Shown here piece after piece: positions 1-13,389 of a DNA stretch of 64,000 nt. Location of the stretch: the NCBI GenBank assembly GCA_951406725.2, contig OX597816.1:80104001-80168000 (forward strand), in the 5' to 3' direction. Under the pieces are notes generated by a model. That model had not been told where the DNA came from. It searched no databases and saw only the letters and a program-made list of their open reading frames with translations. Both the position numbers and the translations under genes were made by a program. This DNA comes from Octopus vulgaris. Its lineage: Eukaryota. How positions within the stretch are numbered: position 1 is the first letter of the stretch; the number at the start of each line of letters is the position of its first letter.

Positions 1-296
1 CCATTCCAATAGTCTATAAATTGCACCCAAAAAAGCGAGAGTGAGAAGTACCAAATTGCAGTACCTAGATCAGTTGTTCCGTATCGAAAATGATTCATTC
101 ATCTTTAGATGGCAATTATTTTCATTTTGTTATGTATGGATTGTCTTTTGTTTCGTATTTTTAATGTATTTTATTACACTTTTGCAGCCGCTCCGCTTAA
201 TTCATTATGTGTATGTACATCCTTATATGTCATGTAATTCTTTCGTATGGCACATTTTGTTTTTGGATATGTATGTCCCTGTGGTTACTATAAGAA

Positions 297-381
297 AGTA
301 TTATTATTACTATTATTATTATCATTATCCTTATTATCATTATCCTTATTATTATTATTATTATTATTATTATTGTTATTA

Positions 382-426
<45 letters not shown>
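297..426. repeat. (TAT)n microsatellite
   Basis: Direct reading; explains the poly-Y/poly-L ORFs at 41-501. Confidence 0.95.
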
Positions 427-427
<1 letters not shown>

Positions 428-640
428 GGCGGCAAGCAGGCAGAATCGTTAGTATGCTGGACGAAATGCTCAGCGGTATTTCGTCTGTCTTTGTGTTCTG
501 AGTTCAAATTCCGCAGAGGTCGACTTTGCATTTCGCCTTTCGGGGTCGATAGATTAAGTACCAGTTGTGTAGTGGGGTCGATCTAATCAACTGGCCCCAT
601 CCCAAAAATATTTGGCCTTGTGCCTAGCGTAGAAAAGATT
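425..640 (+). mobile_element. tRNA-derived SINE, family 1 (Nin/Deu-domain-like core)
   Basis: Head AAGGCGGC..GGCAGAATCGTTAG with box-B-like GAGTTCAAATTCC, then core GTCGACTTTGC..TTTCGGGGTCGATA..AAGTACCAG; many homologous copies in the window. Confidence 0.85.
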
Positions 641-673
641 ATTATTATTATTATTGTTGCTGTTATTATTATT

Positions 674-887
674 AAGGTGGCGAGCTGGCAGAATCGTCAG
701 CACGTTGGACGAAATACTTAGCAGTATTTCGCCCGTCGCTACGTTCTGAGATCATATTTCGCCGAGGTCGTCTTTGCCTTTCATCCTTTCGAAGTCGATA
801 AAATAAGTACCAGCTGAGCACTGGGGTCGATGTAATCGACAAAGACGCCCCACCAAAAAAATTGCTGCCCTCGTGGCAAAATTTGAA
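674..887 (+). mobile_element. tRNA-derived SINE, family 1
   Basis: Same head and core as 425-640; flanked by (TAT)n. Confidence 0.85.
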
Positions 888-967
<80 letters not shown>

Positions 968-995
968 TACTACTACTACTACTACTACTATAAAA

Positions 996-1207
996 GGAAG
1001 CGGTGAGCTGGCAGAATCGTTAGCACGCCGTACGAATTGTTTAGCGTTATTTTGTCTGCCGCTACGCTCTGAGTTCAAATTCCGCCGACTTTGCTTTTCA
1101 TCCTTTTGCGGTCGATAAATTAAGTACCAATTGAGTACTGGAGTCTATGTAATCGACTATTATCCACCTTCTCCATATTTCAGCCCTTCTGCCTATAGTA
1201 GAAAGGA
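996..1207 (+). mobile_element. tRNA-derived SINE, family 1
   Basis: Same head and core; embedded between (TAT/TAC)n tracts. Confidence 0.8.
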
Positions 1208-1213
1208 TTATTA

Positions 1214-1324
<111 letters not shown>

Positions 1325-2222
1325 ATTAAGCATATCGCTTAATCTGGATTTCTGTTGTCTCGTAAAGAGATTTTCTTCACCTACTTTATTTTACTTTACT
1401 TCTTTTTATGTTACATTACGTTATATTATTCCAGTTGGTCGCTGAGTGCAGCTGAAAGCTGAGAAAGTTGGTTGCGCTGGTTGGGTGACAAGGTGCACAT
1501 TGGCAAGTAGTACTAACAATGCTGTTAATAACAGCCCATGTCATTGCTAGATAAACAAGATGTTCAACCATTTATGTTGACAATATATATATATATATAT
1601 AAAAAAAATGCATAAATCCAAACAAACGAACAAAGCAAAGAAACGCTATTGCGAGAAACATTTTTCTACATTAAGTTTCACGTCATATGTATTTATTTAA
1701 ACAGTTACAGGAACGACACAACGACAAATTCACATGAACATACATACAGGGCTATGTGCTTATGAATGAAGTAAGTAAAAACCGCAAAACTTCGGCGATC
1801 GACTCCAGAGTTTGAGTCCTGTGAACAATATTCCTATCTTTGTTTGATGTTGTATGAGTTGAATTAGGGTTGGCGAGATAGATTATCTAAACGTCACAAA
1901 TTGAATTGCATACGTCCTGAGTTCAAATCTTGGAGCTCAGGTTTTGGCCCTGAGTACCAGTGGTATTCTGGAATAGATTTGATGGGCTTTACCGAACAAT
2001 TTCCGTTGTTACATTTATTCATATTAAAATATTACAATTTTATGAGACGAAGACGACGAAATTGAAAGCTTTGGCTAGCACTAAGAACTTAGAACTTTCA
2101 TTTTGAAAAGAGAAATGTTATTAATACTCACTGTAGGTTGCACGGTCACGCTAATAATATCATGCTACGTTATTCAACATATTACATCTCTGGTATATTT
2201 ATTGTTAAACAACATTATTGTT

Positions 2223-2620
2223 TTAATAAATCTCTGAACGAGATATAAACAGTAACCGCTCGACAACGTAAAGTGTACTAGCCATCTGAATGTGGCTAGC
2301 CACTGGGGGTGGGGTGTTACTGATGCTTTTAGCACCAGGAGATCAACGTCACCAGCTGGCCTTAGACACAAAATTTCAGTGCCCTTGTGTTATTTGCAAA
2401 GGGAGGTCATCCTCCCTCGAAAACCTAAGTGATACATACGGACTATAGTTTCAAGGTAATTGCCTCTCGTCAATGCATGGTAAACACCAGTTTTCGATGA
2501 AGGAGACCTTTGCAAATAATAATATTTAACGTTTTTCACAGCAACCACAGTCACTGATTTAGAAAAACTGTCTGAAAGCATTAATAAATCTCTGAACGAG
2601 ATATAAACAGTAACCGCTCG
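2223..2620 (-). mobile_element. Hammerhead-containing 358-bp-unit repeat (candidate non-LTR retrozyme), about 1.1 units
   Basis: Exact 40-bp direct repeat at 2223-2262 and 2581-2620 (period 358); homologous along its length to the unit at 37490-38047; contains the HHR at 2435-2479. Confidence 0.8.
2435..2479 (-). ncRNA. Type I hammerhead ribozyme motif
   Basis: Minus strand reads CAUGCA-UUGACGA-GAGG caauua CCUU-GAAA-CUAUAG-UC/CGUAUG: stem I, core, stem II, GAAA, palindromic stem III (ACUAUAGU), GUC site. Confidence 0.8.
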
Positions 2621-2725
2621 TACATATATAATAACAATATATTCCAAATATATAAGTGAACAAGTATTCTATTAAATTTGATTTAAATTTGATGGATATT
2701 TTAATTTTGAATATTAGTATTCATT

Positions 2726-3103
2726 AAGGCGACAAGCTGGCAGAAACGTTAGCACGCCGAGCGAAATGCGTAGCCGTATTTCGTCTGCGTTCAAATTCCG
2801 TCGAGGTTGACTTTACCTCTCATTCTTTCGGAGTTGATAAATTAAGTACCAGTTACGCACTGGGGTCGATGTAATCGACTTAATCCGTTTGTCTGTCCTT
2901 GTTTGTCTCCTCTGTGTTTAGCCCTTGTGGGTAGTAAAGAAATAGATATTTTGTCTGCCGCTACGTTCTGAGTTCAAATTTCGCCGAGGTCGACTTTGCC
3001 TTTCCTCCTTTCGGGGTCGATCAAATAATTTGAGCACTGGGGTCGATGTAATCGAGTTATCCCTAACCCCAGACTTGCTGGCCTTGTGCTAAATTTGAAA
3101 TCA
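2726..3103 (+). mobile_element. SINE family 1 with tandemly repeated body
   Basis: Head and body, then a second body restarting after TAAAGAAATAG at about 2945. Confidence 0.8.
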
Positions 3104-3342
3104 CTATTAGTATTCGTTGATTTATATTGCCAAAGTATCATAAAATTTGAAAAAGAAAACTCTTATAAGTTATAACATGACTTGATACTTCTTACAGTGG
3201 CAAAAATACATTTCTGTCAATTGAAGAGTAGTACTCTAGTTATATTATACGGCGGTTGACACTTGAATGATTTATCGACATGTGTTAGATAATTACACAT
3301 TTTATGTCTAAATCTAGCTAGCTGTATGCCTGTGTGTATGTG

Positions 3343-4616
3343 TTGGATAATCCCATAAATAATGCAGTTTTTTCAATTGCATGAACTAAAGTCGGGGGGA
3401 GACGGGATAAACTACCTGCATCAACTTGTTATAAAAGCAGGTAGTAATTTTACCGTAATGTTATTCTTAGTGCAAATTTTGAAGAGTGCAGTTCGATTTT
3501 AACTGCACTTTTCAAAGATATAATGGAAGTGACAAAGGAGCATATTCGGCATATTTTGCTTAATGAGTTCAAAAAAGGCAACAGCGCAACGGAAATTGCG
3601 AGGAGTATTAATTCAGTATATGGGAACCGAACAGTAAGCGTAAGCCAGTGTCAACGTGCTTCTAGAAATTCCGAGCCGGAAACTACAGCCTAGAAGACAA
3701 GCCTTGTCCTGGGAGTCTGTAAAACTCCACGAGGACGTCCTGCAAACCCTGGTGGAACAAAATCCCATCGTAACTGTTGAGGAACTAGCAGAGAATACTG
3801 GATTTGGTCATTCAACCATTCATCGACACATGCGAGCCACCGGAAAAGTCAGTAATTTGGGTCAAGGGGTTCCTCACAAACTTTCCGTGCCTAATCACGC
3901 GCAGAGAGTGAATATGTACTCTTCTTTGCTGTCACATCTCACGAATGAACCTTTTTTGGACCGAATAGTGACTGGTAACGAGAATTGGGTTCCCTATAAA
4001 AGTGTCAAACGCCGAAGACAGAGGGTAGGAAAAGGAGAAACACCGGCACCCCAGGCTAAAGAAACTCTTTACCCACGTAATGTGTTGTTATCTGTTTGGT
4101 GGAATATGGAAGGTTTAGTCCAATTTGAACTTTTAAACCCAAACCAAACGACAACAAATGAGATCTACTGCGAGCAGTTTGAACGGATTAAGTCAGCGCT
4201 AGAAGAAAAACGACCACCTTTGGTTTCGAGACGAAAGATATTCTTTCATTAGGATAATTAATGCTCGGTCATATACAGCGAGGATGATATTCCAAAGGCT
4301 GGAGCAGTTTGAATGGGAAACGATGCCTCACCCACCACAACGTCGGATATTGCCCTATTTGATTATTATTTATTCCGCAGGCTTCAAAATCATTTGGACG
4401 GAAAAAATGTGAATCCTGTAGACAATTCTGGAAGAGTATTTTTCGCCACGGACAAGTGAATTTTGGAAGAGAGGCCTCGCAAGTCTACCAGATAGATGGA
4501 AGAGTATTGTAGAAAGTGAAGGAGAGTATATTTTCGATTAAAAAATTACTTTGTTTAACTTAAGTTTGAAAAATAATTGAAGTATAAAAAAACGCATTAT
4601 TTATGGGATGACCCAA
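3343..4616 (+). mobile_element. Mariner DNA transposon, full length, degenerate transposase
   Basis: TIRs TTGGaTaATCCCATAAATAATGC / GCATTATTTATGGGATGACCCAA followed by TA; about 1.27 kb; transposase motifs GVPHKL (WVPHEL-like), LDRIVTGNENW, LLSVWW, DYYLF; frameshifts and stops present. Confidence 0.93.
3523..4541 (+). pseudogene. Mariner transposase pseudogene
   Basis: ATG at 3523 (MEVTKEHIRHILL..), frameshift before ORF 3656-4252, premature TAG, first catalytic D read as N. Confidence 0.85.
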
Positions 4617-6113
4617 TATATATCTATCCGTAATTTTTTGTTTGTTTATTAATCATAGTAATAATTTTACTGCAGTTCCTTTGAGTTATTGTCGTATTTT
4701 ACCAAAATGCATCATTTCTTCTTTCCAAGCTTCTGATCTTTCTTTGCCTAAATTTTACTTTGTTCACGTTGAACATACTTCCAGCTACTATTTCCATTGA
4801 AAAGTATTCTTTCATCATTTCTCCCTTTCAATTCACACTTTCATTATTATGCAATGTACTGCGTTAACTTGTGCTGCCTTATATACTTCATTTATGCTTT
4901 TGACACTTCTGTTGCTGTTTTTCCTTATGAGGTAACATTTTATTACTCACTTATCTGTAGAGAAGTATACTCTCTCTGAGAATCCTTTTAATGATGCTAC
5001 CAGCATCGATCCACTAAAACTAGTCAATATTTAATGGTTTTACAAGTTTTTCATATAAAAGATTTTCGTTTTGACTGGATATTTTATTCGGGTTTCAGTA
5101 ACACCTAAAATACTTAGGATGATTTCTTATTTGTCCATTATTTCTTAATGCTCATAACCACAAACTATATAAACATTTTTCGCTGGACTAAGAGGTTTTA
5201 CACCTTCTGATTTTTCTGAAGTGATCTATACATTTCTAGTCCTGCTAGTTCATACCACTATTCTTGATACATAGAGAAGCTATGCACATTTTGTAGCATA
5301 ATAGAACGTTTCTGTATGATCGATAAATCGTCCACTATTACTTTTCTTATCAGAAAAAATAACTGCTTTAGCACACCCCTCATTCATATATATATGAATA
5401 ATTCAATCAGGATGAAATATAATTTGTTTCCCTTAGCTTTACGAAACTAAACAGAGTTTTTGCTGGTAATTTCTTATTTCTTTTATCTATTAGCAATGGA
5501 TATAATAAATCCAGTACCCCCAACATGACTCCTGCCTATTAGCATGTTAATACGCCATTTCGGTTAGCCTAGCTTTCATATTACCTAGCTACTATCCTCG
5601 CAATGAAGTAAGGAAATGGTGTTATTCAATCTTATTGCTTGGAAAGCAAAGATGCACAGTACAGTGACATCTCAATTAAAAGTACAAAAAAAAAAAATTA
5701 TAAGCTTCCTTTACTTCAAAGTACAGTTTAAGCATTTTCACCAAGAATTTTGAATGCTGTCAATACCTAGCGAAGAGAATTATTTTTTTTCTTTGGCGAA
5801 TCTATTACCAGTTTCAGTCATTGAACTGCGATCATATTGAAGCGCCTTTCTGAAGGGAATAGTAGAACAAATCGACCCCAGTACTTACTTTCAAGTCTGA
5901 TATTTATTTTATCGATATCTTTTGCGGAGTCGCTACGTTACGGGGACGTAAACAAACCAACATCGGAAAGCAAAAACGCACATAAAGACAGATAACTACT
6001 CCCCCCACATACACACACGAAACGGGATTCCACAAGCATTGGTCGGTCAGGGGCTATAACAGAAGACATGCGCCAAAGATACCTCGCAGAAGGAGCGAAA
6101 CGGAAACTACTTG

Positions 6114-6847
6114 ATATTAGTAGTTTTTCTATATTTAAGAGATAAGGAATTATGTACATTATTTACATTCGACGGGTATTTGTCCTCATCTTGTTTGTTG
6201 TTAACACAACGTTTCGGCTGATATACCCTCCAGCCTTCTTCGGTATTCAAGAGTGATACAACACTTCGCAAATATCTCCTTCGGGTAAAACTACCAATAA
6301 AAGAGAATATGACCAAAGACTGCGTGTACTCCATCCCATGCAGCTGTGGTAGGTTATACAAAAACGAAACATGCCGCCCCCTCAAAATAAGGGTAGACGA
6401 ATATCACAAAGCTGTGACACGAGGAGATATTGATAAATCGGGTATAGCTGATCATATATGGAAAAATGGGATGAAGTTAAAATAATAGACAGAGAACACC
6501 ACTGGAAAATACTAAAACTAAAAGAAGCAGCACATATGCTAGGACACAACAACCTCCTAAGCAGATCGAGTGTAGATATGAGCAGCATATGGGAATCGGT
6601 ATTAAGGAAGGATAGAAAAATATTAGATTTATAAGCCCTAAAATTCACTCCATAATTGCCCACGGGCATACGGCGTAGTGGTTAACTGTGCGGGCTGCTA
6701 ACCTCAAGATTTCGAGTTCGAACAATAATAATAATAAATTTCCCAAAGACACCTGAAGAAGGCTGGAAGGTATATCAGCCGAAACGTTGAGTTAACAACA
6801 AACAAGATGAGGACAAATATCCGTCGAACGTAAATAATGTAAATAAT
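6114..6847 (+). mobile_element. Penelope-like element, 5'-truncated, with inverted 5' pLTR and 11-bp TSD
   Basis: Plus-strand translation of about 6300-6570 gives CVYSIPCSCGRLYKNETCRPLKIRVDEYHKAV..SGIADHIW..KEAAH (GIY-YIG endonuclease, Penelope type); about 6150-6246 is the reverse complement of 6750-6845; TSD GAAACTACTTG. Confidence 0.9.
6748..6793 (+). ncRNA. Minimal type I hammerhead ribozyme in Penelope pLTR
   Basis: GACAC-CUGAAGA-a GGCUG gaagguauau CAGCC-GAAA-CG-UU/GAGUU; palindromic AACGUU stem III; inverted degenerate copy at 6203-6246. Confidence 0.8.
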
Positions 6848-7250
6848 GAAACTACTTGGTTACAAGGGGAACTTCTTAATCACACTTTCATACCTTCGGG
6901 TAAACTATTTTTCACAGTAATCAGTTTTCTATAGGTTTGATTATCTCTTGTGGTTTTCTTAAAACCTATCCAGTAATAGATCTATACCTGGTTAGAAACT
7001 AGTTAAAAGTTTGATTGTATTCACCACTATTTTAAGTAAATAAAGAGTATTTTCTCTCTCGTGTGTCTATATTATTTTCCCATATTTTGCTTCACAGAAC
7101 CATTTGTTTTTATTTGAAATTCTTTAAGTGTTTCTATCTTGTAAAAGAGTAGTTTCTGTATTTGGTGTCCAGTTTGATTCAAACTCATTTCTGCAACTAC
7201 AAGAAAATTTATCCCAAAGTTTTCTCCACTCCATTTCTTTCACCAAACTG

Positions 7251-7497
7251 GCACTCCGTCTGTTACGACGACGAGGGTTCCAGTTGATCCGATCAACGGA
7301 ACATTCTTCTCATGAAATTAACGTGCAAATGATTGAGCACTCCATAGATACACATGCCCTTAATGTAGTTCTCGCGGAGATTCAGCGTGACACAGAATGT
7401 GATAAAGCTGGCCCTTTGAAATACAGGCATAATACATTGCCGGGAATCGACGTTACGATCGTGAACCAAATACTCTAACCACTAAACCATGCGTCTC
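7251..7497 (-). mobile_element. tRNA-derived SINE family 2, internally deleted
   Basis: Reverse complement matches the head and 3' half of 44367-44744. Confidence 0.75.
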
Positions 7498-8123
7498 TAC
7501 TCTATTTGTTTGACCAACACATTAAGCCACCACACACACAATAAAAAAGAAACAGCCCTACACCCACCATCAATTCGACACAGCATCGCTACTGTTTCAC
7601 CTGCTATTCCTTTCAAAAGAGCATAGTCTAGAACTACTTTCCACTGAGCCAAAACTTTTCGATCATTATCAGTGAGGAGCAATCTGTGAAAACACATGAC
7701 GATGTTTTCCATTCTAACATTTCTGAAACTGATAAATAACGTACCACCTCTTTCTTTTCGAGCAACTCAGATGTGACGGATTCAGCTGTAAATAAATATA
7801 TCTTTTATCACCACCAAATTCTTTGCTTTCTCATTAGCCACCAGTTCGCTTTACATAGAACTAAATCTACATGAAACTATATCACACATCTTTGGACACT
7901 GAAATTTGAGAAATTTGGCGAGAGTTTTGAATTTTACTTTACATTTTACGGTAAATCATCTTCATATGAAAACATCATCTGCATTTCTTGCTTAACGCAC
8001 CATGGCAGTATGTGCTTTACCAACTCTGATATACCGCGTTATTGCGTTAGTTCCAATAGTTTTATTTACATTAATGAACTAATTGCGATTATTTTTAATT
8101 ACTCGCATTCCTTTACATATAAT

Positions 8124-8360
8124 ACCTATTTCTTTACTACCCACAAGGGGCTAAACACAGAGGGGACAAACAAGGAAAGACAAACGGATTAAGTCGATTA
8201 TATCGACCCCAGTGCGTAATTGGTACTTATTTAATCGACCCCGAAAGAATGAAAGGCAAAGTCGACCTCGGCGGAATTTGAACTCAGAACGTAACGGCAG
8301 ACGAAATACCGCTAAGCATTTCGTCCAGCACGCTAAAGGTTCTGCCAGGTCGCCGCCTTA
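8124..8360 (-). mobile_element. SINE family 1
   Basis: Reverse complement of the family-1 consensus including tail GTGGGTAGTAAAGAAATAG. Confidence 0.85.
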
Positions 8361-9859
8361 AAATTTTTTATATATAATATATAATACCACCCTAGGTCTT
8401 CTGTATTATTTCGTACACAGACGTTTTCCAGATTTTACCACCTGGACACACAACAGGCATTCACTGCTTTTCTAAAAAAAAAATATCCCGCAATTGTGGT
8501 ATGACAATCAAGTCGTTTCAAATCAACGCATTTTACTACACTTTTTCTGCACATGAAAAGCATACAAAACTCCGAAGTCATTACAAAGTCACGACATAGC
8601 CTCCGGTGAGCTTTTCTACACATTTCACGTATATAATATTGCCCGCCCCCCACGCTCCACTGGAAAAAAAAAAACGAATGGATATTTTTCTGATCGGTTT
8701 CTAATATTTTACACAGCCCACCATTAAAGTACTAATTACATATTTGAGATAATACTACTACACTATTAAAGCATCATAGATATCTTAAATACTCTCACGA
8801 ATACGCTACACGCAATAACTGACATTGTCTCTCGCTTCCCTGAGCCACGTCTGCATCTATTACAGCATCTTATAATCTTATTATTATAGCAAGCTGCTTA
8901 CATATCTTCATCCCCATCGACCCTGATGTACCCGTCTCAAATAGATTCGTCAATTCTTAGCACTAAATAATCTTCGCAATTATATATCTTTTTTGCCCAG
9001 ACATTTACTACAAGCTTCATTCTGCAAAAATAAAAACCGAGCATCAACTATATCGATGTCAAAAATTGGTTTACAAAAATCGTTGGTGCTTCCCGAATAC
9101 CTTCCGACAAAAGTGAAACGAAAACTGCAACGAGAATCTCCGCCACCAGCACCAAATATTTTGTCAAATTTTTAATTTCCAGACTTTCAATATTCAAAAA
9201 CATCTTCAGTGCCCATTATTTCACAGCAGGGACTTGAAACTGAACATCAACTGATTCGACCTTCTTTTTGCCTGGAGAAATTGAAAGGGATACGTTTGCC
9301 GCCTCTCCACTTCCTGGCACAAATTTAAAATATATGATTCTAATGTTCCAAATGCGTAGACACAACAATTAGGCTAAACAGTGAAAAATCTCGTACTGGA
9401 AAAAAAAAAACAACGTATATTTATCACCGTTGATATTATCAGAAAACCTTGTATTGTTATCAGTGTTTGTATGAGTATGCTTGAGAATGTTTCGTGTGCG
9501 AAAGTGCTTTATCTCTCACTTTGACTCTTTGTCTCTCTCTCTCTCTCTCTCTCTCCCGCTCTTTTTCTTTCTCCCCCTCTCTCTGTTTAGATCCACCCAG
9601 TGTTACAGAAGAATATTGTGTGAAACGTAAAATAATCACTCACTCATGAACAGTAACAAAGGATGGGCTTTTATATGCACTCACAACGACATGTCATTAT
9701 TTGAGTGCAAATGCCTATAAAATACTTCGAATACAACAATGTACTTATTTTATACATATATCTCTCTCTATCTTCTTCTTTGTCCTTATTTATTTCTCAA
9801 TCCCCACCCCACTTCCTTTTCTCCACATGTCTCAACTCACGTACACACAGTCGTCAAGT

Positions 9860-12320
9860 GCGAAAAGGTCTCTCTGAATCGATGAGGTTATAATTATGTA
9901 CGAGACCTGATATGATCGCCGAGGACAGTAAAAAGTGGTGTAAGAACATTGGCCGAGTCTTCAATGCTAAGGAATGAAGGTTGCGTTGTGAGAAACAGGG
10001 TGAGTGCTCTAAGTGAACGGAAGTCGTTTGATGGCCCGGGTGACAGAAGCGTAACGTGGCAACAACCCCACAATTCAGTCTTTTGACGGATTGGAACGGG
10101 TGCCTGTTAGTTGATTCCAAGAAGATGTGAATGGCTTTTCAGTGTTATTTCGCACAATTGTTTGAGGCGGATGGCGGACAGTGAACGAGATGGAATTTAC
10201 TGCACATCGCGAGGGCCTTTCGAGGCACTTGGATAGGGATATAGAGTTCTGCGTAAGATAATAAGACCCTACAATATACGAGAAGTGATGAAGAACCGCA
10301 CGAGGGAAATGTCGCTGGGGCTGGATTATTTACCCTACAAGCTTTATCTGCATATGTCGCAATTGTTCGGGGACCTTTTGGCAGTTGTCTGCCACGACTG
10401 GCAGCAAAAACAGAATTTCTAGTCGTACGATAAGATGCGTGATGCTGCTGCCGAGAAAGGCTCCGAACAAGAGAGATAGTTTGACAACTTCAAGACCGTA
10501 ACTCTACTAAATGCAATGTTGAAGATTTTGGCTAAAGTGTCAGCCAAGAAGTTGGCCCTTGTTGTCAATACTCTGGTAGGTGAGGCACAATCATATGCTA
10601 TGCTAAATAGATATATTCACAACGTTTACCTCACAAGATACCTCAAAGAAATAATGGATAAAGAATCCTGCATGGGTGACTGGTTTATTTAGAACAGTCG
10701 AAAGCTTTCGAAGTTGTTAACAATGAATACTCGGTGACTATTCTGAAGGCGGCTGGTTTCGGTTTCGATTTCGTCTTCAGAGGCTCGATTGCTATAATGT
10801 ACTGCGATATTTGTTCGGTGGTCAGAGCAAACGACCACCTGTCGGAACCGTTTAGTGTATTGTGCACAGCCAGTCAATGGTTTTCTCTCTCTCCCCCTCT
10901 GTACGTGCTAACTGTAGAGTCACAATTGCAGAAGCTGGAGGTTTCGCGAGGCATTCTGCGACAAGTAGGAAGCAGAAAATCTGTTTGCATTTGTGGACGA
11001 CGTTATCATAATATTACTGGACACCAGTTATTTTGAAGTGATCAGAACTATTCTAAAGGAGTACGAGGTGACAGGAACAGAAGCTAATCAGAAGTCTTTA
11101 AGGTTGCGGATCGGCACCAACAGGGGTAGTTCTATACCATCTTTCAGCATCGTGGGACGCTGGTCTTACGGATTGGTTAAATTGCTCAGGGTTTGATTTT
11201 GTCCACACATCAAGGTGGACAAGAACTAAGAGGAGGTGGCGAGTAACCCGGTTAATCTCACACAGAAATGGACCGAAGCAAAACTACTCCTCAAGGATCG
11301 GGCGGAGGTGGTGAATGTCTACGTCGCATCTGTAATCTACTACCGCTTGATTTTTGTGTTTTTTCCAGTCATATGACCAAAGTGCAGTGCTTGCTCTTCT
11401 GCTTTCTGTGGAGTGGACATGTTCATCTTGTCAAACAATCCATTTGTTGACAACATTCGCTGCGCGAAGGAGTGTACGCTGAGGCTTATGATGCACAGGG
11501 ATATACTGAGGCTGTGACATCTCCAGCATTTCCTAGACGGTGAACAGGTGGTGTGGCCACTGTTTGCTAAATGCACTTTTCTGTAGCTTGTCTCTTTCGC
11601 TCAACTGCTGTCCTGAATCAAGTATACACTCGGGCAGGGTACCTGGCAGCTAGAGCGTCATCAAGCGCTCCCAGTCCTGAATTAGTCGGGCAATATGGTC
11701 GGTGGATGTTCCATCATGGTGTTCTATAAGAGGTTAGGGGTAGTTAAAAGCGAAGACGTCCACGCGGAAACTCTGGGTGTCAAAGAAAATTTACTGGTTG
11801 GGCTTTTCCGGAGGTCTTGGGCTAGGATCCAAAAATTAGTTTCCGAAAATGACTGGTCTGGCAGGGCTACCGAGAGGTATTGCGGTTTGGGATAAACTCA
11901 ACAGGCATGGTTGTGCCGTCGACCGCACTAGCCCGAGATATGTGGAACGATGAAACCATTCCACACGTGATCGCACAGTGCTAGAGAATTGCTAGAATTA
12001 TGTCGAACTGCCGCTATCACGTGTAGAACGGATCAACCTTTGGACCAACTCCGTTTCGTAGGGCGCCCCGCCGCATTATTTCTGTCGGGTAGAGGAAAAC
12101 AGTTTTCTTTTGTTAGATGGCTATGGTGAAACAGGTTATTTGGGGGACGTAAGTCATAGGACTGAAAAGGACTGAAAGCACTGAAGACAGACTCTTTCAT
12201 TTTCAGCCAAGCCTGCATCCACTCTTCAATATCCATTTGTAAAGAAAGGTTAGGCTGGAGAGGGAGGAGCTGCTCTCCGCCACCTAATAAAATTTTAAAA
12301 AGGTAAGTAAATGTTGCTAT
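9860..12320 (+). mobile_element. Degenerate Tx1/L1-clade LINE (RT region)
   Basis: Fragments SKAFEVVNNEYSVTILKAAGFG..FRGSIAIMY..VVRANDHLSEPF..SPPLYVLTVE and VDDV resemble Tx1-type RT subdomains; many stops. Confidence 0.75.
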
Positions 12321-12423
12321 AAAGTTATAACTCTTTGGTTATTTTTTTATTGCTTACAATGTTTCTGTAGATCCCTCTGTCATATTTTGCAAATTTTTTT
12401 TTGTGGCCAATAAAGAAAGAAAA

Positions 12424-12633
<210 letters not shown>

Positions 12634-12857
12634 TGTTGTTGCTGTTATTATCCACAATCTCTCTTCTATTAAATAAAACCACTCAATAATGCAACTTATT
12701 CACCCGCCCACTTTTGTGAACTGAATGCTGTGCTAGCGAAACGTTTAAAAACTTAATAGAAGCCATTACATAATTTTATTTTAGTGCAGGCACACACATA
12801 CCTGCATACACATACACTCATACACATACTACAAGCACATTCACTGCAGGTAACAAT

Positions 12858-12955
12858 ACATACATACTTACATACATGCATACATACATACATACATACA
12901 TACATACATACATACATACATACATACATACATACATGCATGTGTGCATACGTAC

Positions 12956-12986
<31 letters not shown>

Positions 12987-13027
12987 GCATGTATATATAT
13001 ATATATATATATATATACATACATACA

Positions 13028-13078
<51 letters not shown>
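12858..13078. repeat. (CATA)n/(TA)n microsatellite
   Basis: Direct reading. Confidence 0.95.
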
Positions 13079-13081
<3 letters not shown>

Positions 13082-13389
13082 AATACTAGCTGGTGTACCC
13101 GGGGGTAAAAATGTTCTATTGAAATGCCTTACTACTCTGATATAAGAAATCAATTTCGTTATAACTGCCACAAAAGGTGTATTTTTCGTCACGAAAAAGT
13201 ACAAAAAACTGTCAGCTGGAGGAGGGAGAGATTGTTGGAGGTTGGCGAGAGAGGTTTTCGGAGGTTGGCAACAAAAATTGTCGGTGAGAGAGGTTTTATA
13301 AAAATATGAATGAAGTGTCTAATGTTTAAGAATGAAATGAAGAAAGTGCAATAATAACGTTCACATTCGCTGAGGTCTTGTTTTATAAC

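Larger units (their letters stand above)
5795..6895 (-). mobile_element. tRNA-derived SINE family 3 (CORE-like), split by a Penelope insertion
   Basis: Homologous to 47071-47492 in reverse; interrupted at GAAACTACTTG (6103-6113 / 6848-6858). Confidence 0.7.
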
